Assembly: GCF_036321535.1 (NCBI RefSeq)
Contig: NC_087437.1
Location: 113,710,001-113,770,000 of the forward strand
Direction: 5' to 3'
Source of the DNA: Camelus dromedarius
Lineage: Eukaryota
Length of the DNA: 60,000 nucleotides
How positions within the stretch are numbered: position 1 is the stretch's first letter; each line of letters starts with the position of its first letter. The notes under the pieces were generated by a model. That model did no database searches. It worked only from the letters and a program-made list of their open reading frames with translations, and was not told where the DNA came from. Positions 22,561-35,205 of this stretch are shown in pieces. Made by a program: the position numbers and the translations under genes.

Positions 22561-23830
22561 AAGGATCCCAGGGCGATATGATAATGGTCAAAGTTAGGGC
22601 AATGACGGGGGTGAGCAGCACAAAGCATTTACATGAGAACAGATTCATCAAGATGGTATTTGTTCCATTTGCAGAGCACTGATGGGGCCTGAGTGGGTCA
22701 TCAGACAGAAATACACTTTCAAAGGCGTCATCTCATGTGAGGATGGAATTTGACAGTCTTACAAGTAGTTTATCATCTCTAATTATCTTTATACCAGTCT
22801 TTCCTTCCATCCATAATTCTTGTGATTAGAATTAGATAGTGATCTTCCTTTCTCAAATGTTTGATGTCTAATTCAGAGTGAAGTGGTTCTTTTTTTTTTT
22901 AAGCATGTCATGAGAATTAACGTATCGCTGAAACAGAAAAGAGGTGGATGATCATGTAAATGTGAAATACTCTACATCCTTAAATCTGTGCAGGACACCC
23001 TCAGCAGAACCCCTCCCTACTCCCACCACCCCTCCCCAGATGCTGAAATCTTCCAGCTTACCTCTCTTTGGCAGCCCCTTGCCTTTCATTGAGAAGATGA
23101 AAATTGGAGTGAATTGTAATTGAATGTTATTCAACCTTTCCATATTAAAGTGAACATGAGATCAAATTGTCGGTTTTCCCAAACTTTATGTCATTTTGTA
23201 TTAGATTACTTTCCTCATGCCAGGACGGAGAGCTCATGTGAACCCAAAGGAGAAGGAATCTTCAAATTTTGCCAAGTCTATAATGTGGAGGGGGAAAAAT
23301 CTAGGTGAGGTGCATTTGAATGTGAATGAAACCCCAGCTCTGTCTTGGCAACGGAATGAAATGAACTCAACACGCACTTGGCATTTGGGTTACTGATGTC
23401 CTGAACTACACCTCCCGAGTGGTCCAAATTCTACCAAACCAGAAACACATTTTGCCAGACGCTTCCCCTGCTCATTTCCAATGCATGTGCTTGTGTGCAG
23501 TGGAATCCACATGTTTCTTACCCATTTACACTTAAATCATCAAGATGTTACTCAAGGAAGCCACTGTGATTTGCAGCTCTTTTCTCAGTCTTTTTTTTTT
23601 TAGTTTGAAAAAGGAAAATCATATTTTGCAAAGTGTAGACTTGACACCACAAATTTGTACAATGAAGAAATATGTGTGTCTGCTGTTTTCTTTATTTTCT
23701 CTTCCAAGCTCCAAAGGGGGCATTTCCAACTTGCAAACACATGATTTCCAGAAGCTTCCATGCCAACTGCACGGGCCTGAGTCTCCATCTTTTTTTAACT
23801 CCCATAGTCTCCAATTTGGGAGAAGCGTAA

Positions 23831-23833
<3 letters not shown>

Positions 23834-23861
<28 letters not shown>
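23834..23861. repeat. (TG)14 microsatellite
   Basis: Read directly from the sequence. Confidence 0.95.
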
Positions 23862-24099
23862 GTTGGTGGGGAGGGCAGGGAGAGAGGAGATGAAGAGAGA
23901 AGGATTTAGAAAGAAAAGGAAGGAAGATACAAAGATAGGATAGAAGGGAAGAATTTAAAATTTTGGAATATATGGGAAATCGACATATTCAGAGGTGAAG
24001 GAAGAGAAAATATACACAACAGGAACAGGTTAAGGCAGCCACCTACTTAATCATCCACCTGTTAAAAAGATGTCCATCTAGTGCCTTCAATGTACCAGA

Positions 24100-24420
24100 C
24101 TGTGACAAAATTAGGAATGGTGCAAATTCTCTGTCACCTTTCCATCAAGAGCCAGGCCCATGTCTTCCCTACTTGTATGGTGGCCCATGGCTACTTTGAC
24201 TAATGCAGCTTGGTGGAAGTGATGCTATGCTGGCTCTGGCCTTAGCCTTTAAGAGGACTAGCACCTTCTGCCTTGGCCTCTAGAACTTGGCCACCAAGCT
24301 GAGGCCATGAGTAGGCCCAGTTGACAGCCCCAGCTGTGCGCTCCCAGATGACTGTCAGCATCAGCTGCCAGCCTTGTAAGTGCGCCATCTTGGATGTCCA
24401 ACCCATTCAAGCCTTCAGAC
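24100..24420 (+). mobile_element. MLT1 (MaLR) LTR fragment
   Basis: GCTACTTTGACTAATGCAG...GGAAGTGATGCTATG...CAGCATCAGCTGCCAGCC...GCCATCTTGGATGTCCA. Confidence 0.7.
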
Positions 24421-25094
24421 ATAAAGATTACATTAATATTTCATCAGCTCCTTCTTGGGAGCCAGAAAGTTGATTTTCTACAAAAACTTTTGTCAACATT
24501 AGTGGTCAAAACTATTTGCTTATACTATGATGACTATAAGATGAATCTTTAAACATTTCATGCTGTCATTGGCATGCAGAAATGATGTACATTTTTACAG
24601 ATTATGAATCTTTTCCTTTTAATGGCCTCATGTCCAAATAACAGTCATTGCCTTCCTAGAAGCCTTTCTCAATGGTACCACAGTAACCCTAGTCAAGAGA
24701 GCTTTGCCAGTTTCTATGAGTGTGACCTTTATATTCAATATCCAGCTACTACCTGTTGAGCTATTTAGCTATCTATGAACTGTCTATCTGTCTCCCTACC
24801 CATGCATCTCAAATCTCAAATTTCAAGTATATCTCATATATACATAATATACACATATGCATATTAATACTTTATATTTTAATTTCATAGTTCCTTGAGT
24901 GGATGAATGAATTCAGTTATTTTAGCTTTTGATTTATTTTTCTGGAAACCAGTGTTTCTTTGTCCTGCAGATTCATTTTCTTTGACTTTGATGTAAGTCT
25001 GGAAGGAATACATGAGTAACTTCTGAAATATTGACATCTATCACTGACATTGTTTCCCATAGTTCTTTTTTCCCCACTGTTTTTGAAGGAAAAT

Positions 25095-25335
25095 AATAGT
25101 GATAGCTGCCTTTTTTGAATATTAGTTCCAGAAACTATGCTGAGATAACATGTGTTCTCTCATTTAATTCTCATAACAACCCCTAAGATTGGTATTATTT
25201 TTCCCATTTACTCTTCAGGAGGCAGAGACTTAGAGAAATTCAGAAACTTGCTTAGGGTCACACAAATAGTGATAAAATGAGAATTTGAATCCATATTTAT
25301 CTGATTCCAAATCAATGAGATCATAATATCCTGCC
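25095..25335 (-). mobile_element. MIR SINE
   Basis: TCTCATTTAATTCTCATAACAACCC...ACTTGCTTAGGGTCACACA. Confidence 0.75.
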
Positions 25336-25584
25336 TTCCTGTCTTCTTATATACACAGACTCATTCAAAGGGATTAATTTAGTCATTTATCCAGTCATTT
25401 CATTTCAAAAATTCCTCAGACATTTTCTGTATTGAATACTTTAGTTAAACCATACAAGGTAAAAGGCCAGTGGAAATAAATAGGACATTCTTCACATTCA
25501 TAAGGAGATTGCGGGGCAAGAATTTGAGTCTGGTTTAATTGCATCAATGAAATGGGACTGTAGATATTTTTTACTTCCCTTAAT

Positions 25585-25985
25585 GTATCAATCAATATAG
25601 GCTGGGTTGTGCTGCTGTAACAAACAGCTCCATAATCTCAGTGGTTTAAAACCAGGTTAATTTCTCACCCAGGCTCCTCCTTACCTGAGGCTGGGGTAGG
25701 GGATATTTTTGGTGTTGTCATGGTCTTCACTCTGGGACACAGTACTAACTGAAACACTTACGGTCATTGTGGCAGAAGAAAAAGAGAGCTCCGTAGGGTC
25801 TCAGTGAGACAAGGAATTGCTTCAGCCAGAAAGAGACACATTTACTTATACTCACCACACACTGGCCAGAGTTAGTCATACCCCACTGCAGGGGAGCCAG
25901 CACAGGCAATCTTCCAGAAGGGGGAATTGTCCAGAAGCAGGAAGAATAAGAATATTTGGAAACCAGCACTAATGACTACCACATT
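25585..25985 (-). mobile_element. Old MLT1 (MaLR) LTR
   Basis: AGGCTGGGTTGTGCTGCTGTAACAAACAGCTCCATAATCTCAGTGGTTTAAAAC...AGCACTAATGACTACCACA. Confidence 0.72.
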
Positions 25986-26469
25986 TACAGTAATATAAGA
26001 ATTCATAGTCTAATATATGGAAGGACTGTTAAAACAGGAGACATTTTATGCCTGACATGTGTCAGTGCTTTATCAGCATCGTGGAATTCTATTGAGAAAT
26101 TTGGTAATTTTAAGATTTTCTTCAAATCCCTTCTTCCAGGCTATCCTAAAGGGGAAAGGAAAAAAAAAAAAATGAAAAAGTTACTACGAGCCTTTTTTTC
26201 TTTATTCTTTGTTTTTCTCCCAATCTTTAGGATAGGGCTCCAACTAGTAGCTCTGAAAGACTAGCTTAAGACAGACATACTGTAGTTAAGAACCAAGAAA
26301 CACTAGATTGAGTCAGCCCATGTATGTGCACATGCTCGTGCATGCACACACACATATACACAGGCACAGAATCTGAGTGAAGAGTTACTAAAATGAACTA
26401 GATTTGAGGATCTGATATCTTGAATAGCAAGGTCACTCATTGAGGAGAACCTGGCATTCAATACACAGT

Positions 26470-28215
26470 GAATGATGGCTTAGTTATCTGGAAAATATAT
26501 CAGCAGAAAATATCCAAACTAAAGCAGAGAGACTATAAACTGTAAGTGCTTTGTGATAAGCTAAAATGAACATAAATAAATGAAAATAAACACAAAACAA
26601 TTTATAATTTTCAGAGATTAGAAGACTCAATATCACAAAAATGACAATTTCCCCAAAACTGAAATTTTGATTTGATAGAATCAAATGAAAATGACAACAA
26701 ATTTGTATTTGTGTGTGTGTAACTTGACAAAGTGATATTAAAATGTACCTAGTGATGCAAAAGGTCAAGATGAACTAAGTTTTACCTTCAAAGAGAACAA
26801 AATTGGTGGAGTCATATGACCAGATTTCTAGATTTATTATAAAGCTGCAGTTATTGAGATGATATGTGTCAGTGTAAATGTATACAATCTGAATGAGGAC
26901 AACCTCTTTTGGAAAAATAGATGGAAAGCAAAAAAAGGAAAAAAAAGAAAAAGAAAGCATGAACAAACACCTTCAGTGGGAAAAGGTCAGTTTTTGAGTA
27001 TTCATAAGGATATCCACATTGAAAACAATTAATTTCAATCCCTACCTCACTCCATACACATACATTATCTGTAGGTGGTTTGTAGGTCTGAATGTGAAAG
27101 GTTCAATGTTGAAGCTTCTAGAGGATAATATAATATAAGATTATTATCTTTATGATTTAGGCAAAGACTTAACAAAGACACAAAAGGCATTAACCATTAA
27201 GAAAACTACTGGTGAATTGGATAGCATTAAAATTAAGAACTTCTGCCTCACATGACACCATTAAGTGGGTGAAAGCGCATGTCGCCCAGCAGGAAAAAAT
27301 ATTTATAATATATTTGAGAGCGGATCTTCGACAAATCAAGGGGGAAAAAAAAAAAAAAAAAAAAAAAAGACAGACGACCAAGTAGAAAAATGGGGCAAAA
27401 GACTTGAACAAATGCTTCAAAAAAGAAACTCTCTGATTGACCAAAAAGCACACGCAGAGAGGATCGACCCCAACTAAGTCAAGAAAATGCAAATCAAAAT
27501 AACAAGCAGACCAGGACTCTCGCCCACCAGAGTGACTAAAACCAAGCAAACAAATAAGCAAAAGTGACAAGACTGTTACAGAAGATGAGGAGTTACTGGA
27601 AGTCTTATTTTCCCACCCTGCTAGTGGAAGTGTAAATTACTACCATTTTGAAAAGACGTTTGGGAGTAATTACAAAAGTTAAGCATAGGTCTACCCTTTG
27701 ACTGGAAATTTTACTTGTGGTTTATATGTAGTGAACTTGCAGATACGTGCAGCAAATGCCCTGTAGAAGAATATTCTTAGTGGCTCACTTTTTTACCAGT
27801 CTCAAATGCCCATCAGTGGTAGAATGAATAAGTTGTGTAGTCATGCAATGAGATGTCCCACAGCAATGAAAATGAACACATGAATTACTACTCTATACAC
27901 ATGGATGAATCTCACAACGTGAATATTGAAATAAAGACCCAGACGCAATCAAAAGTTCTATGATTCCACTTTCATAAAGTTCAACAAAAGGCAAACTTAA
28001 TTCATACTGAGGGTAGGCAGATGGTTGGAATATCTGGGGAGTATGAGTAGGAGGCGGCTGGGAGGGACACAAGGGGAGTTTTGAGGTGCTGATCATTTTC
28101 CATTTCCTGATTTGTACAGCAGCTACATAGGTTTGTTCATTTGGGGAAAATGCAACAAGCTTTACGGTTATAATCTGAACGTGTGCCACACTTCAATAAA
28201 AATGTTCTTTTAAAA
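26470..28215 (+). mobile_element. Old L1M element: degenerate ORF2 C-terminus and 3' UTR
   Basis: L1 motifs AGAAGACTCAATATCACAAAAATGACAATTTCCCCAAA, AAAAATGGGGCAAAAGACTTGAACA, ACATGGATGAATCTCACAAC; ends CTTCAATAAAAA. Confidence 0.88.
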
Positions 28216-28734
28216 AACATGAAAAACTCGAAAGGACAAATATATCTAGTTACTGAAATACATCATTCTTGTCAAAGAAGCCTTACAATGCTGGATACTG
28301 GGTGTGGATTCAATTTTAATATGGTTGTAATTGAATCCTTTTGCAGAGTAGAAAAGTACCAGATGCTTATTTAAATGTCTTTTGTGATGCAGTGAATAAC
28401 ATGTCAGAAGTAATGTGGTAAGCTGTAAAATAAGAAAAAATATTTGTGATTCTTTTGCATTTTTATTTTGATTTGACTCTTTGTTGGGTATAAATACAGA
28501 AACTAGAAAAGATAAATTTGGGTACTTTAAAGGAAAACTTCTGTTGAAACAACGGAATCAATTTATTGGAATGTTTTCTGATTGTGTATTTCTGTACTTT
28601 GTTAACTAATAACAGTAGTCATGACAACAATAACAATATTAATACTAATTCTTTACAATTCTATAACATATTAGTGCTCAGAACACATGACCTCAGTTTA
28701 ATTTTGCCCCTCTTTATTAAAAATAAAAAAGAGA

Positions 28735-28900
28735 GGCAATCCAGTGTTGATTCATTCCTGTAATAACTTTGTAAAGTAGGACAGTAAAGACTGACCCTAC
28801 CTCTGTTTAGAGAGAACACTGTGTTGAGGGAGGGGACCTACTTGTCCTGGATCACACATCTAGTGAAGTATAGACCCAGGGGTAAGATGCATGTGCTGTG
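28735..28900 (-). mobile_element. Degenerate MIR SINE
   Basis: TTCATTCCTGTAATAACTTTGTAAAGTAGG...ACTTGTCCTGGATCACACATCTAGT. Confidence 0.5.
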
Positions 28901-30049
28901 ACATTGATTGATGCTGGTGTTTTCCCACTGAGTTCATATTTTCTTCCTCCCTACCTTGATTTGGGTTTAGAAAGCTTAGGGATCATCAGTTTCAGGTCAG
29001 AACTGGTAGATATAGAACAGTGATAAAAAGGAAGTTGTGTAATAGTACAACATCCAGCTGAGATGGCTGGAGAGCTGGATTAAGGCAAGACTGGGCTCCA
29101 ATTTCCAGAACCAAACCATAAGCCAAGAAGTTGAAAGATGACAGTCATTGTACCATAGCTGTTACTGATTTAAAAAAAATAATATGAAGAAAATGTAGAA
29201 CAAGATACTGAAAAATGCAGTCTCCAGACAACACATCTGTTTCTTAAAAGGTTCCACTCTCTTATAAAACCAAAACTTGTCATCTTCTAACATCTCTCTG
29301 CTTCCCTTCTCGTCCTGTTTCTCTGGGAAAGTACTTGCAGAACTGCATTGGGAACATTCTGCATTTCCTGTGGCGCAGGGGGATGAGAAGGATCCTGTGA
29401 AAGAAATTTCAACTCTGCATCAGAATCCAAGAGAGCCAGCAAAGACCTGGCAGACTTGCACCTGCCTCACCCTGGTGGCTCCTCTCAAAGGGCCGTGACT
29501 GCACAGAGGTGAACTCCTAACGCAGTCTCTCCAGAGCTCTCTCTGAGCCCTCTGCCTACCCTTTAAATGGGATAGGAAATGACATGACAGTAAGTCACAA
29601 ATCCCCCTTGCATCCATTGACTTGGTGACTACAAGATGAACTGCCTGGATGCTCTGGGTTCATTGCCGAGCGTCACTGAGTTCATTCTCTATGGATGCAA
29701 AAATTATTGTGACCAACTGAAACTCTCTTCCCTTCCCTTCCTCTCCCATGGTTCCTTCCTCTCTCTAATTTCTGGTTCTCACTGCCACTCATTTGCTCCA
29801 GAGACTAGAGCTGACCTTTCATCTGGTTCCATTACCTTCCATTTTCCCATGAGTTCCCATCTCGGGGTTGGGATCCTTCCCTAGAACTCAGCAGGATCTT
29901 TCCTTCCTCCATATTCTTGAGAGTTCCTATTTTCTCTGCACTTCTTTGATGAGCCTGGGGTGTGAGGGCTGCATACACACCCATGTAGGTCATTGTTGGG
30001 TTCTTGCTATGAGACCTTCCACTGGAATCCTCTTTGCCAGAGTCACAGA

Positions 30050-30600
30050 GCTTGTATTGTGATGGCAGAAAACAGAAAGAAATTAATGGTGGCTCAGAAA
30101 TACGGTCATTTTATTATCTTCTATCAAGTTGGGAGGTAGATGGTTTTATTTATGATGTAGTAGACAGTTTGTGTTCTCAAGGACCCAGGCTCTTTCTATT
30201 CTCCCTTCTCTGGGATCCTTGGCCAGTTGGCTTTTTGTCTTCAGACTTGTCACCTCATGGTCATAGGATGGCTGACACAGATCCAGATGACACACTGTTG
30301 TTCCAGCTAGCCAAGCAGGAAGGAAGTGACTGATACAAAAGACATTCTCCTCAAGACACTGTCTTTTGATTCAGAGCATAAAGGTCCTCCAGAATCCTTT
30401 CCTTTGTGTCTCAAGGTGGAGAACTAAGCCCTCCCCATCTGTCTCTGATAACTGGTGAAGGAGACTAGGATTTCCATAACTGGTTCAGGTCAATGATGAC
30501 CCATGCTACATTCAGAAAGGGCCTCACTTCCTGGGGATGAAGGCACTTCTGTTCAACAAACTGAAACAAAATTGGGAGGGAACAACCACTGGATAAACAT
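30050..30600 (-). mobile_element. Old MLT1 (MaLR) LTR
   Basis: CAAGGACCCAGGCTCTTTCTATTCT...CTTGTCACCTCATGGTCATAGGATGGCTG. Confidence 0.6.
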
Positions 30601-31074
30601 GAGACCACAAGGACCCAGTCTGAAGTTGGGCTTTGCACCCAGACGTATGCTCTAGAGGGTGGGCTCAGCTCTCAGTCTTCTCCTTGGCCACGACCACTGC
30701 CTACCATGAGTACAAAATAAGCATGAAATGCGTGCATGCATTGTGCATGAATGAATGAACACATGAACAAGAAAATGAAGGAATGAGTGAGTGATAGTGT
30801 GCATGCCTTTCTCCTTATTCATGGCAGACTTACCAGAATCTTCCTCTTTATCCTGGACTTTGTCTCTATGAAGAGGCTACTTTGAGTTCCATTGTCACAA
30901 CTGGCCATGCACTTTATCACTCCCCTTTCTCTATTATTAATCCTAAATTCTTTGGCTTCCAGGAAGTTTGTGTCTATCATGTTCCCTTTTCCTAAGCAAG
31001 TTTCTCCTCATCAAATCCTTTCCCTTGCTTCACTGTTCTCCTAGCTGGCCTCCCCGAAGCTGATTTAATGTTTC

Positions 31075-32078
31075 TTATTTTTTAAGTCATGTGTTTTGAG
31101 GTCTACTTCAAATATTTTAAAACTCACCATCTTTAGATGTACAATTTAATGAGTTTTGCTAAACTGCTGTGAAATCACCACCACAAACTAGATGTAGAAC
31201 ATTCTCATCAGACTCAAGTCTCCTTTTGCTCCCTTGCCACCAGCCCTTTCCTGATACCCCAGCCCTTAGAAACCACTAGTCTGATCTCTGTTCCCATAGT
31301 TTTGCCTTTTCCATAATGTCATATAAATTTACGAATCCAGCAAATAGCCTTTGATTCTAGCTCTTTTCACCTTGTTTAATGCTTGTGAGATGCATCTATG
31401 CTGTTGCATGAATTGGTAGTTTTTTGGTGTTTTTTATTGTTGAGTAGTATTCCTTTGTATGGACATACCAGAATTTGTTTATCCGTTCACTAGCTGATGG
31501 ACATTGATATCGTTTCCTGTTCTTGGCTGCTATGAATAATGATGCTAGGAACATTCATGAACAATTCTTTGTGTTGACGAATGTTTTCATTTCTCTTAAT
31601 AACTCGTAGTTATTTTGGGTCATTTGGTAAGTTTACATTTGCTTTTTAAGGAAATGCCAGACTGTTCGCAAACTGGATATTCCATTTTACATTCCCACCC
31701 CAAAACATGAGGATTCCAGTTTCTCCACATCCTTGCTGACATTTCTGTTTGCCTGTCTTTTTTTATCATATGCATCCTAGTGGCAGTGACATGGTATTTC
31801 ATTGTGGTTTTGTTTTGCATTTCTCTAATGATGTTGAGCATCTTTTTATGTCCTTCTTAGTCATTTGTATAGCCACTTTGGTGAAATGTCTATTCAAATC
31901 CTTGCCCAATTTTAATCTGAGTTGTCTTCTTATTATGAGTTGTATAGGTTCCTTATATATTTTGAATACAAGTCTTTTATTGGATATATAATTTGCAAAT
32001 GTATTCTCATATTCTGTTATGGCATGTCTTTCTGTTTTCATCATATTATCTTTTTGAGCATGAAAGTTTTCAGTTTTG
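31075..32078 (-). mobile_element. L1MB-like 3' portion
   Basis: TTGAGTAGTATTCCTTTGTATGGACATACCA...CATTGTGGTTTTGTTTTGCATTTCTCTAATGATGTTGAGCATCTTTT. Confidence 0.9.
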
Positions 32079-32079
32079 C

Positions 32080-32382
32080 TTGGAGGAGAGGATTGGGGCT
32101 GGAGAGGATTGGGGCTGGAGAATGCAGGGTATTTCTTGCTCTCTCTTCATGTCTATGGCAATTCTCTCAGGGGCTGCATCTCCCCTGTGATTCCAGCCCC
32201 CAGCTCTGGTAACCCCACTGCTTCCCTTTCCTCCTCCAACCTATGGCTTCTTTTTGCTAATCTCTGGGCAGGCTCAGCTTCCCTTTGGATGTTCACCGCT
32301 TCCAACGTCTTGGTAATTAAGTCCCCGTATAAAAACTACCCAGCTGGTGGCTCTGTTTTCCTCACTGCATCCTGACTGAAAT
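32080..32382 (+). mobile_element. Probable ERVL-class LTR 3' fragment
   Basis: Ends GGTGGCTCTGTTTTCCTCACTGCATCCTGACTGA, typical of old ERVL LTR 3' ends. A 16-bp tandem duplication (GGAGAGGATTGGGGCT) lies at its start. Confidence 0.5.
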
Positions 32383-32599
32383 GACATCATTGCCAGGCAT
32401 AGCATCTTAAGACATTTGTAGTGCCTTCCTATTGCTATGTTCATATTGTCTAAATTCTTTTATTGACTCCACAGGCTCTTAATAATATGCCTCTAGATAG
32501 ACTGAGGTATCACTATTTTGCACACCTACTCCGACCACAGATAGCCTTACCTTGAGTGCAGTGCATTTCCCACTGTTATTTGACTACATACTCATGTTC

Positions 32600-33345
32600 C
32601 TCTTCTAGATGGTGTTGGTCCCATGAGAGCAGGGGCCATATTTTAGGTGTGTTTTTTATTCCCAGATAGCAGCTCCATGCCCAGCACTTGTGATTTGGAT
32701 CACACAGCAGAAGTCTACTGCTCACCAGAGGGGATGTTTGGTGATAGCAACATAAGAAATGCCAAGGTCTGCCCAGTGGAGAAAGGCCAGTTTGAGACGA
32801 GGTCTCAAGCAGCCAGTGGTTCTTTCAAAAGGAGAGGTTAGAATGGTCGTTCATCATCAGAACCCAGGGGATCCTAGTGTTGGCAGAAGCATCACAAAGA
32901 GCTACAATGCTCCGAGCTGTCTAGCATTTGGTACGGATGCAGTGAGATTTGGAACTTCTTTGCTATTCTTGCTTTATCTAGAATCTTCCCCCATTTCCCC
33001 CACTCACCTCTACATACACACACCCTTGCTCTCTCTTCTCTGCCTAGAAAATGATACTTACTCCTGAAAATTCAAACTTAATTTTTTTCTGGGAAGCTTT
33101 CTGTAGCCCAATCAAGCAGGATTAGTGATTCCTCCTTCTGGGCTCCTGTAGGAATGTGGGCACGTTCCTTATAAGTACTTAGCATATTGAATGGCATCAG
33201 TTGCTTGTGTGTCTGTCTCCATCACTGGACAGATGGTCAGTTTTGTTAGGGTGGGACCACATCATGTAATGTTTCATCTTCAGACCCAGCCCTCAGCCAG
33301 GCATCAAGGACTCTTAGCACATATTTGTTGAGTCAATAAATGTAA
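32600..33345 (+). mobile_element. Two L2 3'-end fragments (~32600-32700 and ~33060-33345)
   Basis: CCCATGAGAGCAGGGGCCAT...TGCCCAGCAC and TGTGTCTGTCTCC...CACATATTTGTTGAGTCAAT. Confidence 0.55.
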
Positions 33346-34979
33346 TCCCTTTCAGTTTGATACACTTTTCACATAGAGATGCTATGGTGGAAAAAAAAAT
33401 GCCATGCATGTCAACTTGGTTCTGTACTGATTATTATTTAATTTCTATGGAAGTGTGAGGTGAACTGGGTCATAGGAGCTCATTTCAACTCATCTTTTGG
33501 ACCAAGGAAATAATTTCCCAACCATATGCAGCTTGTTCTACTGTTTCCATTAGTCATATGAACCTTCTCAACCCTTACACAAGTACATGTTACAATCATC
33601 GTCCTCCAAATTTTATTTTGAGATAATCCTTTTTTTTCTAGAGCTTTTATAGTCATCCAAAATTCTTTAATTTAGAACTTCTATAGTTTAGAAAACTCTT
33701 CCCCATAGTTACACTCAAAATAAGTCTGAATAATGTTATCAGACTTTTCTCTCTTACTTAGTCTTACTTGACTGCTTCCTTTGGGTCATTGTTACCCATT
33801 GAATGCCCACCGAGCATTCTTTAAGTTCAACTAAACCTTTAGACTCACAAGTTATCACAGGATACCCTTGACATCCTTTACTAAGAGGATGTGGGATGGG
33901 AGTCATGGTTCACCAACAAATCAATGTCCAATATTCTTTTTAGTAGGGGTTCTTGCAACAGTTGTCTACACGGCTGAATCCACATTGGACACATATGGAG
34001 TCTGCTCTAGCTTCAAAGCCTCATATACCCAAAGTGCACCAGCCTGTCTGTAACGACTGTGGAGATTTGGCTTCCAGGCTCCCCTTAAGCCATGTCTAAT
34101 TGTAAGAATTACTATGCTCAGGGAAGCCCCTGAACAGGGTGCTCTAATTGGGTTCATTGATAGTTTCTCTCAGTCCAGATGTGAGCCACATCAGGGTCGT
34201 TTTCACCGTGACAAATGTTGCCTAAGGACAGAGTTGACATTTTAATTTTATCAAGTATCAGGAGAAGGAAGCTAATCAAAGGTTAAATTCTTACATAGAA
34301 GGCAAGACAGATTGGTTGATTAACCTCTTGGCCATAGTCTGTATAGCATAAAAGCCAAGTTCCTTAGTATTCAAGGGCACCCATGGCCACAGGGGAGGGG
34401 ACCTTTCCAGGTTTATTCACCTTCCCCCTCAAATCTTAAGCCTCAGTCACATCTTATGTCTCATCGTATTCTGGAAACACACTGAACATTCATATTGTCT
34501 AAACTTCTTACCCCAAAGGTTTCCCCACTTATAAATACTCCTCCTGTGTCCATTTTCACCTGTTCTCTTTTCCAATTCCTGTTCCCCTACAAAGGTGTAG
34601 ACCAGACCCCTTCTAGCAAATGTGCCCCTGACACGACTCCCTAGGCAGATGCAGTCATTCTCATCTCTCTCCCTGCAACAATTTATTCACATCATTATTT
34701 AAAATGAAAAAAGACAGAAAGCGAGAGGCAGGTGTTGCCACCACGAATTTCAGTGAACTCCACCTGCATCTTCAGCCAGACTGGCAGCCCCCTGTGCACA
34801 GGGCAGCCTTCATCTTCGAGTTCCTGGACCTCGCAAAGGGCAGGCATGCTGTGGGTGCTCCAGGAATATTGTGGGGAGTTTCATGAAATCACATTCATTC
34901 GAATAAGAGGTACAGAAAATTTATGAACCGTTTTAAAGGGGAAAAAGCCCGAGTTCACAGTGTTTTGTAAAGGTTTATA

Positions 34980-35205
34980 GTGATCGTAAGCAGTTCTTAA
35001 GTGTTTAACTTATGGCCATATTTGCACTTCTTCAGTGAATTGTCATCACAGTCCCATGGGATCAGCGTTATTGTTGTCTCCATTTAACTGACAAGGAAAC
35101 AGATTTGGAGGTACCAAGGGATGTGCTCATGATCACAAATCTATAAGGCAGAGCTGGGATTTGAACCCAGGCAGGCTGGCTGCAGAGGCTGACTCACACC
35201 TCTGA
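34980..35205 (-). mobile_element. MIR SINE
   Basis: CTCCATTTAACTGACAAGGAAAC...GGCAGAGCTGGGATTTGAACCCAGGCAG. Confidence 0.82.

Noticed and set aside
31620..32044. ORFs containing LGKDLNRHF and EMQNKTTMKYH
   Set aside because: These are frameshifted L1 ORF2 remnants.
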